A DNA stretch of 64,000 nucleotides from an uncultured Pseudomonadota bacterium. Its GTDB lineage: Bacteria > Pseudomonadota > Alphaproteobacteria > Rs-D84. The notes beneath the pieces were generated by a model. That model saw only the letters and a program-made list of their open reading frames with translations. It was not told where the DNA came from and ran no database searches. Of this stretch, positions 44,117 to 54,117 are shown in pieces. The stretch's first letter is position 1. Every line of letters starts with the position of its first letter. Location of the stretch: positions 4,392 through 68,391 of the forward strand of contig CALABO010000016.1 of NCBI GenBank assembly GCA_937885575.1, read 5' to 3'. Position numbers and translations under genes: made by a program.

Positions 44117-44670
44117 TTCTTTTTTTCCGCCCGCGCCCGAAGTGCCATTTGCGACCGGATTTGATCAAATAAATTTAATGCTTGCGCGACCGGCATTTTT
44201 AGTATTTCACCGACCGTAGTTTGCAACAAATCCGCCGGCACATTTTTGGTTGGTTTTGTTGCGACGGGCTTTTTTGCGGTTGTCTTCGAACCCGCATCTT
44301 TGGGTGTCGATTGCTTTTTTGTTGCGGCGGGCTTTTTTGCGGTTGTCTTCGAACCCGCAACTTTGGATACCGGCTGCTGCGTAGATTTCACGGGCGGAAG
44401 CCAATCAGGGTCGGCCTGCTTTTCTTCAATCAACCTAACCACATCGCCAACGGCCACTATGTTTTCCTGTTGATTGTCCGGGATACTTAGATTATATTCT
44501 TTTTCAAACTCCATCATTAATTCAACCGTATCAAGAGAATCCGCCCCAAGGTCGTTTGTAAACTGGGCAACCATTGTTACCTCAGCCGGGTCAACGCCAA
44601 GTTTTTCAACAACAATTGGAACGATTTGTCTAAGAATTGCTTGCTGTCCTTCTGATATTTGTTCTGTCAT
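44113..44670 (-). CDS. Acyl carrier protein fused to a C-terminal Lys/Ala/Thr-rich (histone-H1-like) tail (185 aa)
   Basis: N-terminal 85 aa are a canonical ACP ([16 protein letters not shown], phosphopantetheine Ser in DSL). The C-terminal 100 aa are low complexity, with a 21-aa tandem repeat [10 protein letters not shown](A/V)ATK... encoded by a 63-bp direct DNA repeat. Confidence 0.75.
   Translation of the reverse strand: MTEQISEGQQAILRQIVPIVVEKLGVDPAEVTMVAQFTNDLGADSLDTVELMMEFEKEYNLSIPDNQQENIVAVGDVVRLIEEKQADPDWLPPVKSTQQPVSKVAGSKTTAKKPAATKKQSTPKDAGSKTTAKKPVATKPTKNVPADLLQTTVGEILKMPVAQALNLFDQIRSQMALRARAEKKK
44267..44392. repeat. Tandem direct repeat, 2 x about 63 bp, inside the ACP-tail coding region
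   Basis: gggcttttttgcggttgtcttcgaacccgca(t/a)ctttgg... occurs twice in tandem. Confidence 0.7.
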
Positions 44671-44729
44671 TTTAATGTCCTTTTTTTACTTGCGTGTGAA
44701 TTATATTACACAAGATAAGATTGTCAAGA

Positions 44730-45116
44730 TTAAATTTCTTTCTTCATCAAAACCGCATCCACACCGTCATAGTATTTCGGGCGATGGCCGTTTTGGATAA
44801 ATCCGCATTTTTTATAAAGTGCAATTGCCGGCGCGTTTTCGGCGGATACCTCCAAAAATATCTTTTTAACACCGGCCTTTTTGATTTCGTGTTCCATCAA
44901 AGTAAGCATCGCGGTTGCGATTCCCGCACCGCGCGCGGCGGGGTGAACACCGATTGTGATAATTTCCGCTTCGTCGCAAACAGTGCGCCAAACGATAAAA
45001 CCGTTTTCAGACGCCACAATTTCACAACCGGATTTTTTTAGGTCACGGAAATCGTTCGCCGTCCACGGTTTGTGCGGGAAGCAAAGTTTATGTAAATCGG
45101 CAAGTTTATTTAGCAT
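44730..45116 (-). CDS. rimI: GNAT-family N-acetyltransferase, RimI-like (128 aa)
   Basis: Acetyl-CoA binding motif GVHPAARGAGIATAML...; sits in the same cluster as the upstream TsaB-like gene (tsaB-rimI arrangement). Confidence 0.7.
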   Translation of the reverse strand: MLNKLADLHKLCFPHKPWTANDFRDLKKSGCEIVASENGFIVWRTVCDEAEIITIGVHPAARGAGIATAMLTLMEHEIKKAGVKKIFLEVSAENAPAIALYKKCGFIQNGHRPKYYDGVDAVLMKKEI

Positions 45117-45118
45117 TT

Positions 45119-45316
45119 TTACCTGGATATTTGACTACGCCGTATTGATTCGCATACGCCGGCAACATACCCGGCAACATACCCAGCAAATATACATCTT
45201 TCAACGTAACTGTAAATTTTATGATCATATATATCATGCAAATACCTTTCGGCTTTTGCCGGTGATTTGCAGTTTTCCAATTTAATACGTTTAACAATTT
45301 CTTTTTGTTTCAACAT
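45119..45316 (-). CDS. Small hypothetical protein (65 aa), N-terminus paralogous to the next ORF
   Basis: MLKQKEIVKRIKLE resembles MLKKNQITQRLNLN of the 45346..45699 ORF, and the upstream DNA is similar (catRYtatttaYcctttttSYttcttcggc). Confidence 0.25.
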   Translation of the reverse strand: MLKQKEIVKRIKLENCKSPAKAERYLHDIYDHKIYSYVERCIFAGYVAGYVAGVCESIRRSQISR

Positions 45317-45345
45317 GTTATTTACCCTTTTTCTTCGGCATTTAT

Positions 45346-45699
45346 TTACCGGTGTGTCTTACCATATAACCATTCCATAAGAACAAACAAGTTTTTACCA
45401 TTCGTGCATTGCATATCTTCAAGAGCAAAATGTTTCCACCCTGTTCTTTTATATCCGGAACTGAATTTATAATATTGGTAAACACTGCTCTTGGGGCTAA
45501 ATTTTACCGTCCGAACCACCCAATTACCGTACCCAAAAGTATACATTTCGCCATCGCCGTCTTTATCATATTGAATGCAGTTTTTATAAATTTCCATCGC
45601 CCGGCGCAGGACGCGAACATCTATTAACCCCGACTTATCAATTGGCACTTCTTGTAAGTTTAAATTTAACCTTTGTGTTATCTGATTTTTCTTTAACAT
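45346..45699 (-). CDS. Hypothetical protein (about 117 aa from MLKKNQ)
   Basis: AT-rich ORF inserted between tsaB and rimI. The track ORF extends to 45765 and overlaps tsaB. Confidence 0.4.
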   Translation of the reverse strand: MLKKNQITQRLNLNLQEVPIDKSGLIDVRVLRRAMEIYKNCIQYDKDGDGEMYTFGYGNWVVRTVKFSPKSSVYQYYKFSSGYKRTGWKHFALEDMQCTNGKNLFVLMEWLYGKTHR

Positions 45700-45700
45700 A

Positions 45701-46246
45701 CTATTTATCCTTTTTGCTTTCTTCGGCGTAACTTGGACGCAGATACATTGGCACGACCGGTTCAATATTCCCGTCCGCCAATTTTTTGCGAACTATATCA
45801 AGCCCCAATTTCAAATCAAACGGCCGGTGGCCAACGGTGCGCGGGCATTTCATTTGTTCGCTCTCTACCTGCTCTATCGTCATGGTGCCGGGCGTGTGTT
45901 GGGGCGATGCCACAAAGAAATCGCCACGGCCGGAATCAATCGCAACGAACGCGTCGGGCGTTGCCACCAAATAAAGGTCAAACGCACTGATCCCCACGAC
46001 CGGAATATTCAATCCTATTGCAATCCCCTTGGCATAGGCGATACCCATGCGGATTCCGGTGAAACTGCCCGGGCCGATTACAACACCGATCGCGGTTATA
46101 TCGCGCCAGGTCGCGCCGCATTCGGTCAAAAAACTTTCCGCCGCGGCCGGCAATGCCAATGATTGCTTTTCCACCATGAGTGTTTTATGATGATCGTCCA
46201 AAACAAATTCCAAACCCGCACCAGATGTGTTTATTATGAATATCAT
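45701..46246 (-). CDS. tsaB: tRNA threonylcarbamoyladenosine biosynthesis protein TsaB (YeaZ), 181 aa
   Basis: Inactive Kae1/YgjD paralog fold: VVIGPGSFTGIRMGIAYAKGIAIGLNIPVVGIS. Confidence 0.75.
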   Translation of the reverse strand: MIFIINTSGAGLEFVLDDHHKTLMVEKQSLALPAAAESFLTECGATWRDITAIGVVIGPGSFTGIRMGIAYAKGIAIGLNIPVVGISAFDLYLVATPDAFVAIDSGRGDFFVASPQHTPGTMTIEQVESEQMKCPRTVGHRPFDLKLGLDIVRKKLADGNIEPVVPMYLRPSYAEESKKDK

Positions 46247-46632
46247 TTTTGTTGTTCCCGTTGCCGTAGTCTTTTCATTTTATTGTATATAAGTCGCGCT
46301 GGCAACCCTTCAATTTCTATATTTTTTCCGTTCGGTGCATGCGGTAATACCCCTTTGTTATTGAATATTACGGTGAATGTTATTGGTACACTCGCTTGAT
46401 TCCCGGCGGTTCCAATAAGGTTTGTCCAAAATGTTGTCGGGACGTATTTATTGGCAACATAGTGCCTATCACATCGGTGTGATTCTATTATTGTTTCAAA
46501 ACGCGACTTTTTGAGCGGTATTTTGATTTGATACAAATTGCCCCAACTGTATGGTGTCATTTTATTGGTGTCTTTGTTTTGATATAATTTTTCTATATCA
46601 CGACAAATTTGTATAGCTTGAATAATTTTCAT
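46243..46632 (-). CDS. Hypothetical protein (129 aa) immediately downstream of the Lon-like ATPase
   Basis: ORF with a 4-nt overlap with tsaB and a 13-nt gap to the Lon-like gene. No recognisable motif and no GPSAG or other Lon peptidase motifs. Confidence 0.45.
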   Translation of the reverse strand: MKIIQAIQICRDIEKLYQNKDTNKMTPYSWGNLYQIKIPLKKSRFETIIESHRCDRHYVANKYVPTTFWTNLIGTAGNQASVPITFTVIFNNKGVLPHAPNGKNIEIEGLPARLIYNKMKRLRQREQQK

Positions 46633-46644
46633 TGTTTTTACCCC

Positions 46645-48408
46645 TTATATACTAACACCGAACCCAATCCGCTTTGAAAATCCGGCGGATTGATGCAGCG
46701 ACAATAAATCGTCAATTTTTTCGATTGTAAATTCCGTCGGCACATCTTCGCCATCGTTTTCAAGCAACGCCCGGCGCAGGATTGCGGTAATTTCGCGTTG
46801 CAGGCCCCGCACGCCCGATTCCCCCGTGTATTTGCGAATTATATGGCGAATTGCATCGTCAGAAATCGTTATTTTATCCACCGCCCATCCGGTATCCGCC
46901 GCGGCGCGCGCGATTAAATGTTCGCGGGCAATTTGCACCTTTTCGTCTTCACTGTATCCCGGAATTTCGATGATTTCCATGCGGTCTTTTAGCGCACTTG
47001 ATATATTCAAACTGTTCGCCGTGGCAATAAACAAGACATTCGACAGGTCAAAATCCACCTCTAGGTAATGATCGCGGAACGCCCTATTCTGTTCCGGGTC
47101 CAGGACTTCGAGTAATGCGGATTCCGGGTCGCCGCGCCAATCGCGCCCCATTTTATCGATTTCGTCCAAAACGATAACCGGATTGTTCACACGCGCACGC
47201 TTTAATGCGTCCATAATGCGCCCGGTCTGCGCGCCGATATAGGTTTTGCGGTGGCCCCTAAAATGTGCCTCGTCCGAAACGCCGCCAAGTGAAATGCGAT
47301 GATATTTCCGCCCAAGCGCGGCCGCGATAGATTTACACAGCGATGTTTTTCCAACGCCCGGCGCGCCGACAAAGCACAAGATACTGCCCCTATTGGAACC
47401 GGTTTTCTTCATAACCGCAATGTGTTCCAGTATGCGTTCTTTGACGGGGCGCATGCCGGAATGTTCGCTGTCCAATGCCCGGCGCGCGGCGTTCAGGTCA
47501 ATTGCCGGCGTATCGGCCCTGTCCCACGGCATGGCAAGCAATTCTTCCAAATATGTTTTAATAAGGCCACCTTCGTTCGACATTGGCGACATGTTGCGCA
47601 TACGCTTCCATTCCGTTATCGCCTTTTCTTTGACATCCGCCGGCATAGACGATTTTTCGATTTTTTTACGTATGGATGTGGCATCTTCCGCATCATCTTC
47701 ACCCATTTCTTTTTGAATTGCACGCATTTTTTCTTGCAATATCGCCTCGCGCCGGCCCTGTTCCATTTGCATACTGATACGGCGATTTATGCTGTCTTCG
47801 ACCTTGGACGTTTCTTGGATAAGTTTTACCTTTTCATACAGCATAACCATTTTGTCGTACCACGACGGGGTGGTCAAAACGCGGATTGCGGTGTCGGTAT
47901 CAATCTCCATCGTTTGCAGGACGGAATCAACAAACGCCGGCATCGGGTAATTCTGAATCACGCCGCGCAGTTTATCGATTTTTAATTTACGAAAACTGGA
48001 AATACTCTGAATCGTTTCAAAAATCTTTTCCCGCATAAGGACCGTGCGTTCGTCCGCAATATCATCGCCCATGGCGATCGTTTCCGTATCTGCACAGAAA
48101 ACCCCGTCAACAACAGTTATATTATTCAACTTTACAACATTTGTGGTGCGAATTATCGCATGGATTGCGCCGTCCGGCATGCGTAAAATCTGAACAATAT
48201 CGCCGATTGTGCCGTATTCGTAAATATCGCCCGGCGCGGTCGGATATGCGGAACCGTGTTGTGGCACGATAATAACCCGCTGAGTCAATCCGGCGGCGGA
48301 TTCAATACATGATATAGAAGTTGGATTATCAATATAGAGAGGCACCGTCATATCCGGATGCACAACTAAATCCCGACAAGGTAGAATGTATTCTTTCATA
48401 GCAATCAT
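46645..48408 (-). CDS. Lon-like ATPase: LON N-terminal substrate-binding domain plus AAA+ module, lacking the S16 peptidase domain (587 aa)
   Basis: N-domain (LPCRDLVVHPDMTVPLYIDNPTS), coiled-coil region, Walker A GAPGVGKTS, Walker B VIVLDEIDK, sensor and arginine-finger regions. The ORF stops (...AGFSKRIGFGVSI*) where the proteolytic domain would begin. Confidence 0.75.
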   Translation of the reverse strand: MIAMKEYILPCRDLVVHPDMTVPLYIDNPTSISCIESAAGLTQRVIIVPQHGSAYPTAPGDIYEYGTIGDIVQILRMPDGAIHAIIRTTNVVKLNNITVVDGVFCADTETIAMGDDIADERTVLMREKIFETIQSISSFRKLKIDKLRGVIQNYPMPAFVDSVLQTMEIDTDTAIRVLTTPSWYDKMVMLYEKVKLIQETSKVEDSINRRISMQMEQGRREAILQEKMRAIQKEMGEDDAEDATSIRKKIEKSSMPADVKEKAITEWKRMRNMSPMSNEGGLIKTYLEELLAMPWDRADTPAIDLNAARRALDSEHSGMRPVKERILEHIAVMKKTGSNRGSILCFVGAPGVGKTSLCKSIAAALGRKYHRISLGGVSDEAHFRGHRKTYIGAQTGRIMDALKRARVNNPVIVLDEIDKMGRDWRGDPESALLEVLDPEQNRAFRDHYLEVDFDLSNVLFIATANSLNISSALKDRMEIIEIPGYSEDEKVQIAREHLIARAAADTGWAVDKITISDDAIRHIIRKYTGESGVRGLQREITAILRRALLENDGEDVPTEFTIEKIDDLLSLHQSAGFSKRIGFGVSI

Positions 48409-48494
48409 AATATAGAATTATTTTTATCGATTTGCAAGGGCAATAAAAAATTCCCGAAAATTCGGGAACTTTTTATTTGGCGTAATGCCAATGT

Positions 48495-48731
48495 TTAACG
48501 ACGGCGACCACCGTTGTTGAATCCGGGTTTTTGTTGGGCAACGCCACTGCGACGTGACAAATAACGCGCGCCAATCAAGAACAACCATTCAAGCGACAGA
48601 CCCGCCAAGAAAGCCAATTTGCCTTCATCCATGGAAATCCAGCCCAATACATAAACAAACTGTGCAATAAATGAAATATATAATGCGCAGAATATACCAC
48701 CAAAGAATATTTTTTTCATTTTTCCTAACAT
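48495..48731 (-). CDS. Small hypothetical membrane protein (78 aa)
   Basis: Two TM helices; located just downstream of ssrA. Confidence 0.3.
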   Translation of the reverse strand: MLGKMKKIFFGGIFCALYISFIAQFVYVLGWISMDEGKLAFLAGLSLEWLFLIGARYLSRRSGVAQQKPGFNNGGRRR

Positions 48732-48769
48732 TTTTTCACCTTTTTGTTTGTTTTATTAAATGCCGGGTT

Positions 48770-50829
<2,060 letters not shown>

Positions 50830-50892
50830 TTGCTTTGCTTTTTGTGGCGGTGCCTGTTATGATAGTGGCAAATTTAACCCAAGGAGAAAAAT

Positions 50893-51519
50893 ATGTCCAT
50901 ATCATTAAAAGGCACACAAACCGAAAAAAATCTGCTGATTGCATTCGCCGGCGAATCCCAGGCGCGCAACCGTTATTCTTTCTTTGCGTCACGCGCCAAG
51001 GACGAAGGTTTTCAGGCGATTGGTAAAATCTTTACCGAAACGGCCGAACAAGAACGCGAACATGCGTCGCGTTTGTTTAAGTTCTTAGATGGTGGCGCAA
51101 TCGAAATAACCGCATCTTTCCCGGCGGGAAAAATCGGAACAACACTTGAAAATTTGCAGGCGGCGGCATACGGCGAACATGAAGAAAACACCGATATGTA
51201 TCCGCGTTTTGCACAAATCGCCGCCGAAGAAGGTTTTGATTCCATCGCATCGGTGCTGAAAAACATCGGGCTTGCGGAACGTTATCATGAATCGCGTTTC
51301 CGCGCACTGATTGATGCGATTGAGAATGGAACCTTGTTCAAACAGGATAAAATCGTTATGTGGCGTTGCACGAATTGCGGTATGTGGCACATTGGACTTG
51401 AGGCACCAACCGTTTGCCCGGCGTGTCTGCACCCCCAGGGATATTTCATTAGCGAAGGAACAATTTCGCGTTGCGACACCAGCGAAGGTTTCTGTGAATA
51501 CGCCAAGATTGATGATTAA
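50893..51519 (+). CDS. rbr: Rubrerythrin (ferritin-like diiron domain plus C-terminal rubredoxin-like CxxC...CxxC), 208 aa
   Basis: EGESQARNRY / EQEREHASRLF diiron ligands; C-terminal CTNCGMWH...CPAC. Confidence 0.85.
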   Translation: MSISLKGTQTEKNLLIAFAGESQARNRYSFFASRAKDEGFQAIGKIFTETAEQEREHASRLFKFLDGGAIEITASFPAGKIGTTLENLQAAAYGEHEENTDMYPRFAQIAAEEGFDSIASVLKNIGLAERYHESRFRALIDAIENGTLFKQDKIVMWRCTNCGMWHIGLEAPTVCPACLHPQGYFISEGTISRCDTSEGFCEYAKIDD

Positions 51520-51534
51520 AAATCAAAACGCATA

Positions 51535-51568
51535 AAAGAAAACGGTGCAAATTCGCACCGTTTTTTAT
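51535..51568. terminator. Bidirectional rho-independent terminator (acggtgc-aaatt-gcaccgt flanked by A- and T-tracts)
   Basis: Lies between the convergent rbr and the 51565..52074 gene. Confidence 0.65.
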
Positions 51569-52074
51569 CTGCGTTTTTCCGCGACGTTCAATCGAGCGGC
51601 ATACCTTAGCGCCTTATTGTAAACCTTCGGATCAATATCGCCACGTTTAAATTTTTCGATGACTTTGTATGCATCACCAGGGTGTTCTTTCAAATGACCC
51701 GCGATGATATATGATTGTGTTTCCGGGTCCGTAACAGTTTCGGGATTTCTGATCATTTTATCAAACACACCCGGATTATATTTTACTATGTGCCCTATCA
51801 TTATTCTGGCGACACAATGTGAATATATCATATTTGTTAAATTTAGCGCATTACTATTTTCGCCATAATATAGTGCAAAACTGTCCTTAATTGTATCGAT
51901 ATCGCTTTGAAAACGGTTATATTGTGGTTTTGATAATATTTTAAGCAACCAACCAGACACCACCAAAAATGATGGCAAACCATTTTTACGTTCTTCTTGG
52001 CGGGCGCGGGCGCGTTCGATGACCTCTTTGGCGCGTGCGTCCTGGCGCGCATGCCTATCCATTGATTCGACCAT
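51565..52074 (-). CDS. Hypothetical protein (169 aa)
   Basis: ORF with terminator downstream; no recognisable motif. Confidence 0.45.
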   Translation of the reverse strand: MVESMDRHARQDARAKEVIERARARQEERKNGLPSFLVVSGWLLKILSKPQYNRFQSDIDTIKDSFALYYGENSNALNLTNMIYSHCVARIMIGHIVKYNPGVFDKMIRNPETVTDPETQSYIIAGHLKEHPGDAYKVIEKFKRGDIDPKVYNKALRYAARLNVAEKRR

Positions 52075-52129
52075 GTAAATATCCTTTGTTTTACGCGAAC
52101 ATTTTATTCAAAAAAATGCTATTGTCAAA

Positions 52130-52570
52130 TTATTCTTTAATTTCCAATTCGTCAAGGAATCTATCAAGTTTGCGCAGTGAACTGTTTTGGCAACCGCGCC
52201 CGCGCCAAGACAAAATCTCTTCCCCGGTTTTCTGGTCAGCAATCGAAACATTAAAACGCCACCACCAAAACCCGTTAAATATGCACCAATATGGCATAAA
52301 GGTTTCCGCTTGCTCGCTTACACGGACGATATAACGCGTATTTTTCGGAACCGTGAATTTATCTACATCAATCGAAGATTCATCTTTCAGGTTGCCGACA
52401 TTTACCGTAAAACCATGTTCTTCCAATTTTTCCTTTATCCCGCGGGTCATAGTGTTCCCGCCACGCGATGCATAAACCGTTGTCCCCGGCACCATCGTGT
52501 TCGGTTTAAGATAAACGCTGTTACACGCGGCAAGGAATAAAACGGAAAATAAAGATAAAAATTTTAACAT
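52130..52570 (-). CDS. Lipoprotein, hypothetical (146 aa from MLKFLSLFSVLFLAAC)
   Basis: Lipobox LAAC. The 254-aa track ORF runs upstream through tRNA-Arg and its remnant, so I truncated it to the internal signal-peptide start. Confidence 0.5.
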   Translation of the reverse strand: MLKFLSLFSVLFLAACNSVYLKPNTMVPGTTVYASRGGNTMTRGIKEKLEEHGFTVNVGNLKDESSIDVDKFTVPKNTRYIVRVSEQAETFMPYWCIFNGFWWWRFNVSIADQKTGEEILSWRGRGCQNSSLRKLDRFLDELEIKE

Positions 52571-52640
52571 TCTATATTGACCAATTGGTTGGTTATAAAC
52601 GATACACGGCGGATTTATCTCGCTGTAGCAATTCTTTGGA

Positions 52641-52790
52641 TTGCGTAAGCGGATGGCGCACCCAGCGGATAGTTCGCTTCGCTCACCACGCGTAAGGCGC
52701 GAACTGCGTGTTTCACACTTGTTCTTGCCAACTATCGTGTCGAACGCTGCGCGTCCAAATCGCGGGGTGTCCATGATAAATACAAAATGT
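52641..52790 (-). repeat. Degenerate partial copy of the tRNA-Arg(CCG) 3' half downstream of the tRNA, plus an 11-bp perfect inverted repeat (ataaatacaaa / tttgtatttat)
   Basis: atggcgcacccagcgga versus the tRNA atggtgcacccggcgcga; gtcgaacgctgcgcgtccaaatcgcgggg versus gattcgaacgcgcaatccccgcc. Confidence 0.45.
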
Positions 52791-52815
52791 CGCATTCTGC
52801 GCCACTTTGTATTTA

Positions 52816-52892
52816 TGGTGCACCCGGCGCGATTCGAACGCGCAATCCCCGCCTTCGGAGGGCGATGCTCTATCCAGTTAAGCCACGGGTGC
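52816..52892 (-). tRNA. tRNA-Arg (anticodon CCG)
   Basis: Reverse complement reads gcacccgtggcttaactggatagagcatcgccctCCGaaggcggggattgcgcgttcgaatcgcgccgggtgcacca. Confidence 0.85.
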
Positions 52893-52944
52893 ATGTACCA
52901 TCGTGCGTAATTATATTGCTTTTATATTGAATTGCAAGAAACAA

Positions 52945-54000
52945 TTACCCCCTACGCAATAATGCCAACATAAATTCGTCCAAATCACCATCCAACACGG
53001 CATCGGAATCAGTGTTTTCGGTACCGGTTCTGACATCTTTGACCAAACGATACGGATACAGGACATAGTTTCGAATCTGACTGCCCCACTCTATTTTTTT
53101 CTGTGCGGCCTTGGCGGCGTCTTCTTCGGCGGCGCGTTTTTCCATTTCCAATTCATACAAACGCGAACGCAAAATCTTCATCGCCATATCTTTGTTTTGA
53201 AACTGACTGCGTTCGTTTTGGCATGTGACAACTATGCCCGTCGGAATATGCGTAATGCGGACGGCACTGTCGGTTTTATTCACGTGTTGCCCGCCCGCGC
53301 CCGATGAACGATATGTGTCGATGCGCAGGTCCCTGTCATTTATTTCAATATTGATTGTGTCGTCGATATCCGGCCACACGTCAACGGATGCGAAACTTGT
53401 TTGACGTTTGCCGTTCGCGTTAAACGGCGATATGCGCACCAACCGATGCACGCCGATTTCATTACGCAACCACCCATACGCGCGTTCGCCGATTATGTGC
53501 ATCGTCATACTTTTAATACCCGCCGTGTCGCCCGGGTGTTCTTCGATAATTTCCACCGTGAATCCGTGACGTTCGCCCCAGCGGGTGTACATGCGTTCCA
53601 ACATTTGCGCCCAATCTTGGGCTTCGGTTCCGCCGGCACCGGCCTGGATAAACAAAAATGCGTTATTGCCGTCCGCGGGCCCGTTAAACAATGTCACATA
53701 CGCCGCGCGGCGTGCAGCATCCGCCAACCGTTCAATCGCCGCGATTACATCCGCATCGTCGGGCGCAATCGCATATAATTCACGCAGGTTTTGATATTCC
53801 GCATCCATTTCTTCGATTTGTTTCAGGTCACGTTCGGCCGCGGACTTTTTCTGCATAATCGCGCGCGCCGCGTCTGGGTCGTTCCATAAATCCGGCGACA
53901 GAGATTGTTCGGTTAAATCGGCAATTTGTGTTCTTAACTTATTCGGGTCAAAGAAACCCCCGAATGTTATTCAGGTTATCGGAAATTTCACTAAAAGTTT
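52945..54000 (-). CDS. prfB: Peptide chain release factor 2, with a programmed +1 frameshift at 53953..53947 (CTT TGA C); main frame 53949..52945
   Basis: SPF and GGQ motifs (VRISPFNANGKRQTSF; SGAGGQHVNKTDSAVRITHIPTGIVV). Upstream, frame 0 reads ...ISDNLNNIRGFL-TGA. Following the in-frame TGA, the +1 frame continues DPNKLRTQIADLTEQSLSPDLWNDPDAARA..., which matches E. coli RF2 across the shift. The sequence cGGGGGtttCTTTGAC has the E. coli-like internal SD spacing. The frame-0 start codon is not identifiable (no in-frame ATG/GTG/TTG after the preceding TAA). Confidence 0.8.
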
Positions 54001-54117
54001 CATTTGCCAAAAACATGCCTTTATCATAGCAACAAAATTTCCAAAATCAACCATAAAACAAATCTTGCGGACGGCACTAAATTATGATAAAATATTCTGT
54101 AACTAGGAGAGAGTTTC

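Noticed and set aside
47299-47985. 228-aa plus-strand ORF inside the Lon-like gene
   Set aside because: Antisense to a gene with unambiguous Lon N-domain and AAA+ motifs; Arg/Phe-rich artefactual translation.
52571-52894. N-terminal 108 codons of the 254-aa ORF 52130..52894
   Set aside because: This extension reads through tRNA-Arg(CCG) and its remnant. A proper lipoprotein signal (MLKFLSLFSVLFLAAC) begins at 52570.
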